Source: Saccostrea echinata
Taxonomy: Eukaryota
Assembly (NCBI RefSeq): GCF_033153115.1
Contig: NW_026889751.1
Location: forward strand, 28,148,001-28,212,000
DNA: 64,000 nucleotides
Direction of reading: 5' to 3'
In this document: piece by piece, positions 12,280 to 24,467 of the stretch
How the letters are laid out: each line of letters opens with the position of its first letter
Numbering within the stretch: the stretch's first letter is position 1
Notes under the pieces: model-generated
The model's input: only the letters and a program-made list of their open reading frames with translations
What the model was told of the DNA's origin: nothing
Database searches by the model: none
Position numbers and translations under genes: made by a program

Positions 12280-13200
12280 GATGCTTCTGTCATTCTGTCT
12301 GTCTGTATTTCTTTTCTTTCCAGATGATAAATCAGAAAATACTCGAGCTTTTGCAATGAAATTTTATATAATAACTCTCTATGACGTCATGAAGACTTCT
12401 TGTAATACCGAGGTAAAAAAGTCAGTCACAAATTCATATATTTCATGAAATGGTAATACTTAAGTCTTAAAGTACTTAAGGTTTCTGAAATTTTATATAA
12501 CTCCCTATGATTTGAATGAGATCCCTATTGATTTTGAGGTCTACAGGTCAAGGTTACAAATTCATATATTTTATAAAATTGTTTCCAGATGATAGTTAGT
12601 TCTCTTTGAGATTTTGAAATAGAACTAACTTATGAAAGACCTTATTCAGTTTGAGGTCAAAAAATTTAACGTCAATCACAAATTCATTTATGTTGCTTAC
12701 TGGTAAACTTTATTTCCGGGTGACATTTCTGAAAGTACTGAAACTTTTGCAATGAAATTTAATATTACGAATCAATATGACTTGAAGAAGGCCCCTTTTG
12801 ATTCTCACGAATGGATCTTTAGCTGGTGATTTTTATTTTTTAATCTAAAGCAGATCCCCGTTGATTCTTAGGTCAAAAGGTCAAGTACCAAATTCATAAA
12901 TGTCATATTAGGAAATGATACACTCTACTGTTCAGATATCTCTGAAAGTACTCAGACAATTGATTTTGAGAGCTCATAATTCCTAAGCTCTTAGGTCAAG
13001 TCACAAATCTATATATGGCCTCAATATACAGTCTGTTGTAATGAAAACTGAAATAAAAACTTTGCCCCTTTGATTCTGATATGAAAGGACCAAATATCTA
13101 GGTCACAAACTTTATACCGTTACACATTGTCCCTGGATAATATCTCAATGGACACCTGTCCTTAAAATGGGGATATAAGTTTTGAACTGGCTTGTTTAAG
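12280..13200 (-). mobile_element. Degenerate Helentron/HINE-type element with internal tandem repeats
   Basis: Repeated CCCTATTGATTTTGAGGTC..AGGTCAAGGTCACAAATT units, a (TCTG)n tract near 12285-12306, and a terminal CTTGTTT. Confidence 0.5.
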
Positions 13201-13494
13201 ATGCATGTACATGTATTTTTTAGTTACCCCACGGTAGGTGCGTTCTAATTCATTCTAAAGTTTCCCTATTTCATCGTCTCAAGCTATGGTCCGGAGTCCA
13301 GTCTTCTACCTGTGGCTGCTTGATCACATAAAGTATCGTATTCTTGAATAATCACGCTCCTAATATGTGACGTCATGCTATAAACCAATGGAAATAATTG
13401 TTAGAGACCAGGCAACATTTATCACCAGGATGGGACCGGTGCAAAAAAAATAATTAATTTAAAAAAAGTCTTGGTCCCACACCTTACAGAATGA

Positions 13495-14618
13495 AACAAG
13501 ATGTGTTTGTGAAACACTGATGCCCCCGAATGGCAACTTATAGCGAAGGTTAAACTTTCTCGAATGCAAATCAAATATGTTGGTACCCAAAGTAAGGTCT
13601 TGTCTCGAGGAATATACCTGTTATTCTTCACATGTGCATTAATTGTGACAAGACCTTCCTTTAGATACCAACAATTATAGCCCATTGAACTTGGAGTTTG
13701 GCCTACTTTTAGAAAACTTTAACCTTGGCCATTACTTTTGAGCAGTTGGTGCTAGGGCTTTCATACTTCACAAATGTAGTCCTTGTGACAAGACCTTCCT
13801 TTGGATACCAACAACTTTGACCCTTTGATCTTGACCTTGGAGTTTGACCTACTTTTGAAAAGCTTTAACCTTGGCTATATCTTTTGAAGGGTTGGTGCTA
13901 GGGCTTTCATATTTCATATGTATATTTCTTGTGAGAAGCCTTTCCTTGGGCACCATTAATTTTGATCATTTGACCTTCATGTTTGACTTACTTTTGAAAA
14001 CTTTAACCTTTTCCATATCTTTTCAATGGTTGCTGCTAGGACTTTTATATTTCACAGGTGTATTTCTCGGGACAAGACCTTACTTTGGGTACCAACAAAT
14101 TTGATTTGCATTTGAGAAAGTTTAACCTTCGCTATAAGTTGCCATACAGGGGCATCAGTATTTTACGAACACATCTTGTTCTTTTTAGAACTAAATATAT
14201 AGGAAATTTGAGTGTAATTCTGGATTACATTCAACTTGCAAATGCTTGAAATTTGGGTTAAATTTACATTTGGGATATTGGTACCCCAAAAAATAATCTT
14301 GTCAAAAGAAATCCAGATGTGAAATATGGAAGCCCTAGCACCTAACGTCCAGAAGTAATGGCTAAGGTTAAAGTTTTTCAAAAGTAGATCAAACTCCAAG
14401 GTCAAGGTAATGAGGTAAAAAAATGTTCGTACCCAATGAAAGGGCTTGTCACAAGAAATACACAGTCGTGTGAAATATGAAAGCCTTAGCACTAACCATT
14501 CAGAAGTAATAACCAAGATTAAAGTTTTCGCGGATAATCTGACATACTGATGAACAAACAGTCAGACAGACAGCCAAGAACTATATGTCCCTGAATCTCC
14601 GATTACGGGGGCATAAAA
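13495..14618 (+). mobile_element. HINE/Helentron-type element with ~135-bp internal repeats and an internal inversion
   Basis: 5' AACAAGATGTGTTTGTGAAACACTGATGCCCC; repeats TTGGAGTTTGACCTACTTTTGAAAA; (ACAG)n tract; 3' hairpin TATGTCCCTG..CGGGGGCATA. 13495-13620 is the reverse complement of 14056-14180. Confidence 0.7.
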
Positions 14619-15309
14619 AAGGAGCGTAGATGTAGCATAAAATGCAAGTTATTTTGTATTAGTACGAATCCTTTTTCAGAATTAAAGGGTATCCCAATAT
14701 ATAGGTTGAGTGGAATGAATAGGGATACCATCACCCTCCTCCCACCGCACTCTTAGTCTTTCTTATTTTTGGTTCTCGGTTTCCTCTTCTCTTTTTTCTC
14801 CAGTCTCCTTTCTTTGGCTCTCTTTTTTTTTGTCTTTGTTAATCCAAACACATTAATGCAATGCTGATGAAACAAGCATCTACTCGTAGTATATAAACTT
14901 GCCGCGGGAACGATCCTTGACCACAATCATTATATAAGTAATCGTATTGTTCTATAATTAGATATATCTACAAATATTACCAGTTATTCTTGTTTGCCTA
15001 TAGACAAACCCTTTCCCCAAATCTCATTGGAAGAGGATTCTAGTGGGCAGTTGGCGTTTTATGAGAGGGGATATGATAAGCATGAAAGTTTTCAAATCAA
15101 AAGCTCTGATAAATTTACTGTTTCCTATTGAAATAAACTGTTTTATCATGTTAATATGTAGGTTTTTATGGTGCATATTCCACGACTGAATTGCTTGGGA
15201 ACTGATGTATCAAAAACAAACTCTTGGTGAAAATCGGGTGGAAGGTGCAATTACAGAAAAAACTTTGGATACAGAGTCTTACGTTCGTTTGTGATGTGTA
15301 AAAACCCAT

Positions 15310-16698
15310 TGTTACAACGCCATATGTAATAACATCGCGAAATGTAATAAACCGGGATTATTGCATTTTGCGTAATTACATTTTGCGTCGATATCAACGC
15401 AGAATGTAATAACGTAAAATGTAACAACACACCTTTTAGGATTATTACATTTTGCATCGAGATCAAGGCAAAATGTAATAACACGATTTTTGGATTATTA
15501 CATTTTGCGTTGTTACATTTGCGTCGAGATTAAGCAAAATACAAAAACGCAAAATGTAATAACACATTTTTGGTCAGTCAGATTGAGAATAATTTTCAAT
15601 TGAGTAGTGGATGAAGAAAGTAAACGGAAGGAAAATAAAACAATATGCTTATTCTTACAATAGATCTGATTTCATCATATATTGATATCATTAGCCATTT
15701 AAAATCAGATGATATTCAAATCATAGGTGTTGCAAATTAGAAACGTGCGTGCACATGTGTGTGTGTGAGGGGGGGAGGGTTATTTCGTTTATCAGTGTAT
15801 CGGTTTGCTTTTTCTTTTTGCATAGGCACATGCACGAAATTTAGAAAAGAAATCTATTTTTACTAGCAAGTGTAACTATAGCGGGAAGGGGGTTTCTTGA
15901 CAATTAAGATATCACACTGTTTTACAAATCATGTGCATTGCAGACCAGGCAGACCAGCAAAACTAAAATTCCCCCTCTCTCTCTAATAATAAAATGGATT
16001 GTTTCTGCATGCGCATAAAAATACAAAGATCAACATGCGAAGTAAACCCTACCCCCCTTCTCCTCACCAGACACACACACACACACACACATGCACTTCT
16101 AATTTGCTAACCAATGTACACATGCATGTTGTACATGCATATCAAGAGCTTTTAATGGACCCATGGTCAATCTTTGGTAATTAAGAATGTCAGTGATGGA
16201 TATATAGTACAGACTGATTTATAAACAGACATGTCATGTTAGAAATAGAGTTTAAAAATATATACGATTAGATTTAATAATGTCCGTTAAGGCCGTAATG
16301 TTTGTCTAATATTCTTATAGGTCTGTCTGTTTACTAAATCGAGTTTCCCCATTGTTATATGTTTAAATCAATTTTGTGATGTTTCGCATTGAAAACAATA
16401 CCAAAAAAAAAAAAACAATTATATTTGTTTTATTACATTTTGTTTTATTACATTTTGCGTTGTCTTCGACGCAAAAAATAAAAAACGCAAAATCTAACAA
16501 CCAAAAAGTGCATCATTACATTTTGCTTTAATCCGAACGCAAAAAGTAATAACGCAAAATGTAATTATCCAAAAATCGCGTTATTACATTTTGTGTTATT
16601 ACATTTTGTGTTGATCTCGTCGCAAAATGTAATAACGGAAAATGTAATAATCCCAGTTTATTACATTTTGCGTTGTTATTACATTTCGCGTTGTAACA
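15310..16698. mobile_element. Foldback-type non-autonomous DNA transposon with long modular TIRs
   Basis: Termini TGTTACAACGC / GCGTTGTAACA; ~260-bp arms built from TTACATTTTGCG / CGCAAAATGTAATAA subrepeats; 6-bp TSD ACCCAT. Confidence 0.85.
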
Positions 16699-17367
16699 AC
16701 CCATGTTTTCTAAAAAAAAAAAAAAAAAAATACAACTTAATCCTTTATTCATCTGCGCTTTCCTAAATAATTATTCTGGTGCGTATACACCAAAAACCAA
16801 GACACATGCAGTAAAAAAAAATCTTATCACAGTTTTTTTAAAATAAAGTTTGCTGATAAGCAAACAGTCAGAAATATATATATACAAACCACAGGTGAAA
16901 AGCAGACATAGTTCCTTTATTATAACTTTACTACAAGATCTAGAGGAAATAACAAAAACATCGAATTTTTAGCAAGAAAAAAAAATAAAATAAAGAGACT
17001 AGTATTTTTTTAAATGTATACTCCAGTTAACTAATCAGGGATCCACATTTCAATTAGTGTAAATAAATCTGGCGTCAATATAAATGACCATATATCAAAA
17101 CAACGAAATTGTTTGTCACAACAAATTTAAGTACTCAGAGGTCGGGAAAATTCCAACAAGTATGGGATAAACAGTATTTGTTTGGCAATGGCGCGGAATT
17201 GAAGATAACCACAGCACTCCTGTAGAAAAATGTCTCCAGTAATATCTTACCATTTTTGTAGTGACAAGGACAGCCTTTCTTTGAAGAGGATCTGAGAATT
17301 AAGAAAGAGGTGGGTACTAGTATATCTCGTTTTGAAACCTCTGGTGATTCGACTGAACTTTAACACC

Positions 17368-19630
17368 ATGGTTTGGTCTTTTCTTCTCGTTTTGGCATTT
17401 ATAAATATGGAATCCATTGTCGGTAATGTTCAATTTTGACTTCAAAATTTGGTTTTAAAATTATATGTAGCAATCCTTTGACTGGAATCTTTGGTGTTTA
17501 GGAAAGCCTCATGCAAGAGTCGACACGTGCACAACAAGAGGTGGTTCGTGCATTCGGTCAAACATCCACTGTGATGGTTACATAGACCAATATGCTTTAG
17601 GATGTAGAAAGAATGTTTGCTGCAAACCAGCGCCATCTACTGTTAATCCTGAACCAGCACATCCAGGTTACCTACTTTTATCACATAACGACGTAACCTA
17701 AAATACAGTATGAAAAACTATATGATCAGTAATTAATTTTTCACAATGTGTCTTACGAGTTTTATGGATGTGTTCTAAACTGTTTTCAGTTATACATGTA
17801 TATTTATGGAGTTTATAATGATTTTTCTTTAAGTTTGGATAGATACTAAGGTTATTATCTTTGTAACCTGTCTTATTTTAAAGGCACAGACAAGTGCGGA
17901 CTAATAACACGGGTACAAACACGCCATTTAGATCCGCGCCTAAGAGTGGTGGGAGGTGACCCAGCTTTGGATGGTGAATGGCCCTGGCAAGTCAGTTTTC
18001 AGAATGACCGCGGCCATTTCTGTGGAGGGACGCTAGTGTCCGATCAATGGGTTGTTACCGCGGCTCACTGTCTCTATGGGTAAGCCAGAGGTGTTCGAAG
18101 GAAGCTTCATTTTATATAAGTTAATTAATAATCTAGAATGTTCCTTTATATTTCGAGATAGATATTAAAGCAGTTGATATTTTTGATGGCCAAATCTGTT
18201 TAAATTTTTGAGCAGATTATCTTTTAACTGAATTCATTGATAGACAATCCATTTCCGGTGTTTATTTGTTACTTGGCGAACATCACCAAGAATACACTTC
18301 GAACAACGAGCGGAATACAACGATCCAAAAAGTGCTTATAGTACGTTTGACAATCGGTAATAGATAGTAGTATTAGTAAACCCTGTATTTGAATATGATA
18401 TACAAATTTTTCTTGAACTTCCAGCATCCCAACTACTCCCCTGAACATGGCCTCCCCAATGACATAGCTTTAGTCCAGCTCTCACAACCAGTAAATCTGG
18501 CCGGACATTACGTCAGAACAGCCTGTCTGCCTCAGAAAGATGACGTATTTACTGATACAGACCATTGTTACATCAGTGGCTGGGGTTATACTCAAGGTTA
18601 GAAATTAATTTTATTTTTAGATATTCAAGTTACAGCCGCTCATCGGAATAGTGAATAGATTAATGTTTGACATGGCCGTAGGAACGGGGGGGGGGGGAGC
18701 GTGCCCCCCAATAATTTTACCGATATGTAGAATATTATAGAAAACATAGCTATGATATGTTTGTGCCCCCTCAATCATAACGTCTGATGACCTTTTTTTA
18801 TTTTTATTTTTTTTTTTTAGCTTGTCAAGAAATTTTGGTACATGATAGTGCCCCTCCAACTGAAAATGTATAGTTGTGCCCCCTCAAAGTGAAATTGCTT
18901 CCTACGGGCCTGTTTGATGTCGCCTTGATATCATTTGTACAAGAAAGAAAGATTTTATAATGGAGGGAGAAATCTTAGGTCTATTTTATAATTTTAATGT
19001 TTATTATGTTAAAGGAACTGGTGACAATGTTGTACTACGGCATCTTCGCATTCCTATAACTTCTACTTTGACGTGTAACTCCAGCTGGGACGGTGTCATA
19101 ACCGACAAACAGCTCTGTATAGGAAGTGGGGACACAGGGGCATGCCGGGTAATAGAGAGAAAAAGAGATGGGGGAGAGAGAATAGATATTGCAACATATT
19201 ATTTATTTAAACTCTTTCGATCGCATTGGTAAAGATTCGTCTGTCTGTCATTGAACGTCTGCTTTTACTTCTTAACGTATCCTGAAAGACAAGGTTTTTT
19301 AAAAAATAATTTCAATCGTTTTAATTTTTTTCCATTTTAATCACTATTTTTTTAGGGGGGGGGGGTATGACAACTGTGTTGTTGTTTAATTTGCTTTAAA
19401 GCAGTAGAGCTGCATTTCGGAGAAGACTCCTGATTGATGATTGTCAGCTTTGCTATAAATTTTAGGGAGATTCTGGAGGGCCGTTGGTGTGTAAACGTCA
19501 TGATTCGTTTGTACTGGTGGGTGCGACGTCATGGGGATCATCCACTTGCTCCGAGTTGGGTAAACCAAACGTGTTCACGAAAATCACCGCTTATCTCCCC
19601 TGGTTACAGAATGAACTATCGGCACTATGA
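17368..19630 (+). CDS. Secreted S1A (chymotrypsin-fold) serine protease with an N-terminal beta-defensin-like six-Cys domain, 327 aa, 7 exons
   Basis: Exons 17368-17422, 17502-17666, 17884-18079, 18244-18340, 18425-18596, 19015-19148, 19466-19630; all introns GT-AG, phases consistent, 984 nt total. Signal peptide [19 protein letters not shown]; activation site R|VVGG; WPWQVS; HFCGG; catalytic triad motifs TAAHC, NDIAL, GDSGGP. AATAAA at 19666. Confidence 0.93.
18671..18912. mobile_element. MITE with 5-bp TSD in protease intron 5
   Basis: Termini CATGGCCGTAGGAA / TTCCTACGGGCCTG; TSD TTTGA; second copy at 28390-28640. Confidence 0.8.
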
Positions 19631-22600
19631 GTTCAAATTCAGATAAGGAATGTCTATTCAGATTAAATAAATTGCGCAACAAACAAATCCAACGATATTT
19701 TTCCTTGTATATTAAATAGTGTTTAAGTGTCAGAATGATAAATTGCATATACATGACATGTACACTAGATAAAATTGCTAACGTACCACCAAAGGAAATT
19801 AATATTTTACTTTTTAAAACTTGTTAATGATGTATTTGATATATAATTATATTACTTAAATAAAAAATGAGGCATTTAAATGTCTTTTACTGATAGATAA
19901 CTACAATGTTTACTGAAGCGTAACCATTTCATAGAAAAAATTAAAATCGTGTCCATACTTTTTTGGAAGAATAAAATCTATTTTTTTTTCTTTGTGTTTG
20001 TGTTCTTTACATTTCTACTAATTAAAAACTCAGAAAAAAAGTTGCACAGTGTGCGGCGTTTGACCTTAGAAGAGCGTGCTAAAGCAGACTGTATGGTGGC
20101 TGCAGGGGGTTTCTATGAAGAAATTTGTAAAAAATAAAAACAATTTAAAGATTGTGAATTCCTTCAATGAGAAATTGTTTCAAATAGATTAACAAACATA
20201 AAAATGTTTACTATAGATAACCAGGGCATTAAGTAAGCAGCACACGATAATTTTAAAATTGTACCACAAAATTGGGTCAACCGGAAGTTGGGTGGATTTG
20301 GTATGGACACCAAGGCACTGAATGACTACTAGGCGATATGATAGTCAATACCTGTATGTTATTTGATTTTTAACAGGGAGACTGCTTCTGTGGCAACCTC
20401 ACGGACCACCTTTGGTGATCACCAACTTCATATCTGGGCAAAAACGGTTCGCAGTGCACGTCGAAAAATTGGTTTTCGGGCAAGAAGGTCATTTAAAGGC
20501 CGAGGTTTTCAACCGGTCGGTTTTCCTCAGGTAAATTTGGAGTGGGGTGGAGCTAAATTGAAACGGCTGAGAAGCCCCGAGGGAACCAAGCTGGCTTGTG
20601 TATACCTACCTATATACACAGTATTACCTGAAAATGTTTTCCTAAGACATTGTTTTACTTCGCGTGTTGGTCAATCGAAATGTTGATCGTCAAATTTCTG
20701 AAATAAATCATGCTAATTTTTTTATGTAGACTGATTCCTTTAGTTCAATTCTTTTTTAAAAATATATTTGAATAAAGGAGACAATTTTAGTTTAATTTTG
20801 TGCATTAATAAATTTCAAATCTTTGGTTGAAAGCTGGTGACACCGAGGGAAATAGTCATTCGCAAAACGAAAGTAGAAAAAAGCGCGGTCCTGAAAAAAC
20901 TTAGAAATCCTGTTGGAAGTCTAAATTTTGTAGAAAATATATAATAAATTAGATAAATATTTTTAATATAATTCCTATGTGATTAACCCATGATGCATGT
21001 TTCGTAAAAATGGTCATGGCATCCGCGTATTGTTTCTCCGACAGGTAGACGAAACGGGAATATAATCACTTTATCCTACTTTTTTCCTCGGGATCCATAA
21101 TTCTAAACATAACTTGCACACGCAATGACAGCTTTTATAATACAGCTTATTTCTCTTTAAAACTGGTTATTTTACCGTAACTTTCATCACCACGTCTCGA
21201 AGAAATATTACAGGTCTTAAAATTTTCAACTTGGACAATATGACTATCTCATAATTATAAAAAAGGAATTATTATTTAAATAAATTACACGATGCTTCCA
21301 AAGCAATTCAGTATTTTCTGTTTTAAGTAAAATCGATGTACGTGTAAATTTGGATAATCTATACCGCATTATAGATTGTATAGTGAAATGAACCCCCTTT
21401 CTTAATTACAATTTAAATAGATACATGACTGATTTTCTTTTTCATTTATTTAATTATTTGACAGACTGATTAAATATAAATCATATATGGCTAATTACTT
21501 TATCATAAAGTAAAAAAAATCATATCAGCTCTGGCTGCTTCTTTATCACGATGTATGCGGTAGGCATCAAAGACTGAATGTTAATTCAATGATCGGTACG
21601 ATCCCGAGCCAAGGTATACAAGATATACACAACGGCAAGTAACAAAATGTCAATCATTTTTCAGTATTTAATCTCAGGCTTAATTTCATCTGATTGACAG
21701 GGGTTCACAGACCAGGTAAAATTGAGGGTGGTGCTTATTTCCTCCCCCTTTAAGGGTCTTGTCATGATACCAAGACATTTGTCAATCCCATTGTTTTGGA
21801 AAAGATGGTGTATTATATATACTATTACCTATCGGGTAAATGTTCGATTCACAAATAAGAATAACAAGTGGTGCGTTAGCAATTTTGTCTAGTGCATATA
21901 CTAGTATGTTATCGTAAGCTGTCGTCGATTTGTGGGAATCTGACTCATTCTATGAACTTAACTATCTTACTACTATGTTATGGGAGAAATGCTGTCTTTA
22001 AAAAGAAAATTTGATTATTTTTTAATATATTTTCGGCTTGCGCAGGTTGTACTTCTGTTTTGATAATCCTGTAAAATTCAAAAGTAGTTTAAATTTTCTT
22101 CCAGCCTGATCTATAGAAGAAAAAAAAACCATTGATTCAAACAGTGTTTGCTTTTAAATATACTTTACCCCAGGACTGTGGATTGAACCTGTAATTATAC
22201 ATTCATACGTTACTTTTTCCCGGTGAAATTTTAATGTTTTCTAAACAAATTATACCTGAATAGATTATAATAGTCCACTCTTTTCTTCCGTCCATTTAAA
22301 TCTAATGACATCTACAGTCTATTTGGTAGCCATCAACGGTTTTGTGCTTAAACTTTAAACAGCCGGTTCAGGTTTAATTGTCAATATTGCGCTTTCACTG
22401 AGAAATTTTTTATCGATATTTCTGCAATAAATGATCCTCGATTAGAAGGTGTTGTGTTTATTAATAATTCATCACGTAAAGACCTCGGCGGACGGCTTCC
22501 CTAGAAACACAGGACTGTTGCATAAGACCAGGTAGGCCTAGATATCTTATGTATTTTCTACCTTAATCTTGAAAGCATTAACTAGAGTTATGTAAGATCG

Positions 22601-24467
22601 ATTGTGAATGATCAGAACTGAGTTAAAGGATTACCGGACATTTAACTTGTTCTTTTTCTGTAAAAGGTAAGTGTCTGCCGTGTTATCCCCAGGAGTTCAG
22701 ACAAATTTCAAAATCTAACCTGCTTTTGCACCTGACCAGGTAAATTAACATTTTATAAAATTCGATTTTGTTAATTCCAAAATTTTATTTTTTATTTTTA
22801 TTCGGTTTATTCAATTGTCACTGTTTTTATCTATTTCATATCTTATGTTGGTGACAGCTAGAATTGAAGTTCATAGGACTGTTTCTTAATACATGTGTTG
22901 AATATCATTCAATACAACGACCTGTGTGGAATCTGCATTTTATTGACATACAAATATAAGTTAAATATTCTACAAGAGAGCATTTGTATTTTTTGGATGG
23001 ATTACTTATCATACATGTAACGAGGTTATTGGAAAATTCCGGCCCTCCCCCTAAATGTGAGGCTAACGTATACTATACTCCGTGAGACGAAAAATCTTTT
23101 GAAAAAATGACTTCGAATAAATTGACAATTTTAACGTAAACGCCCCTGCTTATTTTCTTCTGTCTTCTTATGCCTGTGTTTGAAATGTTTCACAAAAAAG
23201 AACTAAATGTTTCAGGGTTATGACAAGCAGATAGTTTTTCATTACTCTTGGTCTAGCCAATATGCCTCGGATCAACATTGTGTCAACTAAAGCTGGGGCT
23301 GAATCGGTGGTGAGACAATTACTATGTGAACCCGTCGTAGCTGTTTCCTGTCAGGGAACAAGGCATATAAGTAAGATCCTAGGCAATTTATCGAAAAACA
23401 ATTCGGGTTCTGTAATATTTTGTATCATTTTCTTTTTTGAATACAACCGAGTTTGACAAATTTGAACAGAAATTCGTTTTTGAGGATTAATGATATCCTA
23501 GTATTAGCTTTTGATTTCCTCATCGTCTACAATTAAGCTTCCAGTAAATAGTGTATTTATGTGGTGGTCATTCTGTGAAAGAATCAAATTTTAAGATTTA
23601 AGTTTAATGATAATAATAACTCAGATTGAATTATTTTCTGACAAAAACTTTCTTAGATGTATTAACATCTGTGACAACATGTGTTCCCTCCGGAGATGTG
23701 TACGTGTTCGACGTGAAATCTTGTCCAACCATCGTACTAGCTGGTGGTCTCATACGGCTGTTTCAGTCTGTAGAGCTAGTTAAGGTACCAGTAATTTGAA
23801 CGTTTTAATGTCTGCTCTATATTTCCAAAAAGTAATACGTCATAAATTAAAAAAAAAGATGGTTTTATAGTATTTTTTTATTCAAGGTGTTTCATGACGT
23901 AGGCATTGCCAGCAAGTTACTTCATCCATACAGCATAAAAATACGTCATTATTTTGACACACAGGTAAGCTAAATGATGACTAATAGGTAAAAATCATAT
24001 GTATAGATTTCATGTAGAGCAAAAACTTTAACTTACAAGAATTGGTCAAAATTTCAGGTCGGCTACTCCGTTCTTCTGGAACAAAAAGGATTTCCGCCAA
24101 GAAAGATACCTTTACAGGAGCTATGTAAAAAGTTCCAGATCAATTTACCGGCTTCAGATGCCCAGGAACATGTAACTGTATTTGACTAATTGTCTATTAA
24201 CAAGTCTAGACAGTGACAAATAATCTCCATTTAAGGATATTTGCTCCTCAGCCATGAACGATAACTCTAAGAATTATTATTTAATTTAAAAAGTCTCAGA
24301 ATGAAGCTTGAAATTGAAATCTTTTCGTTCAACATTTTTCATTTCATGCATCTCAACATCCTTCAGGGTTCTTTGAAGCCTTAGAAAAAGAAAAAAAGTC
24401 TTGTAAAAAGAACCTGAGGATCGGACTACCTTAAATTATATGTTTCTAATTTTGGTTTCAGAAAAAA

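Noticed and set aside
20363-20686. 107-aa ORF in a locally GC-richer patch
   Set aside because: It has a non-ATG start, no recognisable domain and no convincing splice partners. It may be a repeat fragment or regulatory DNA.
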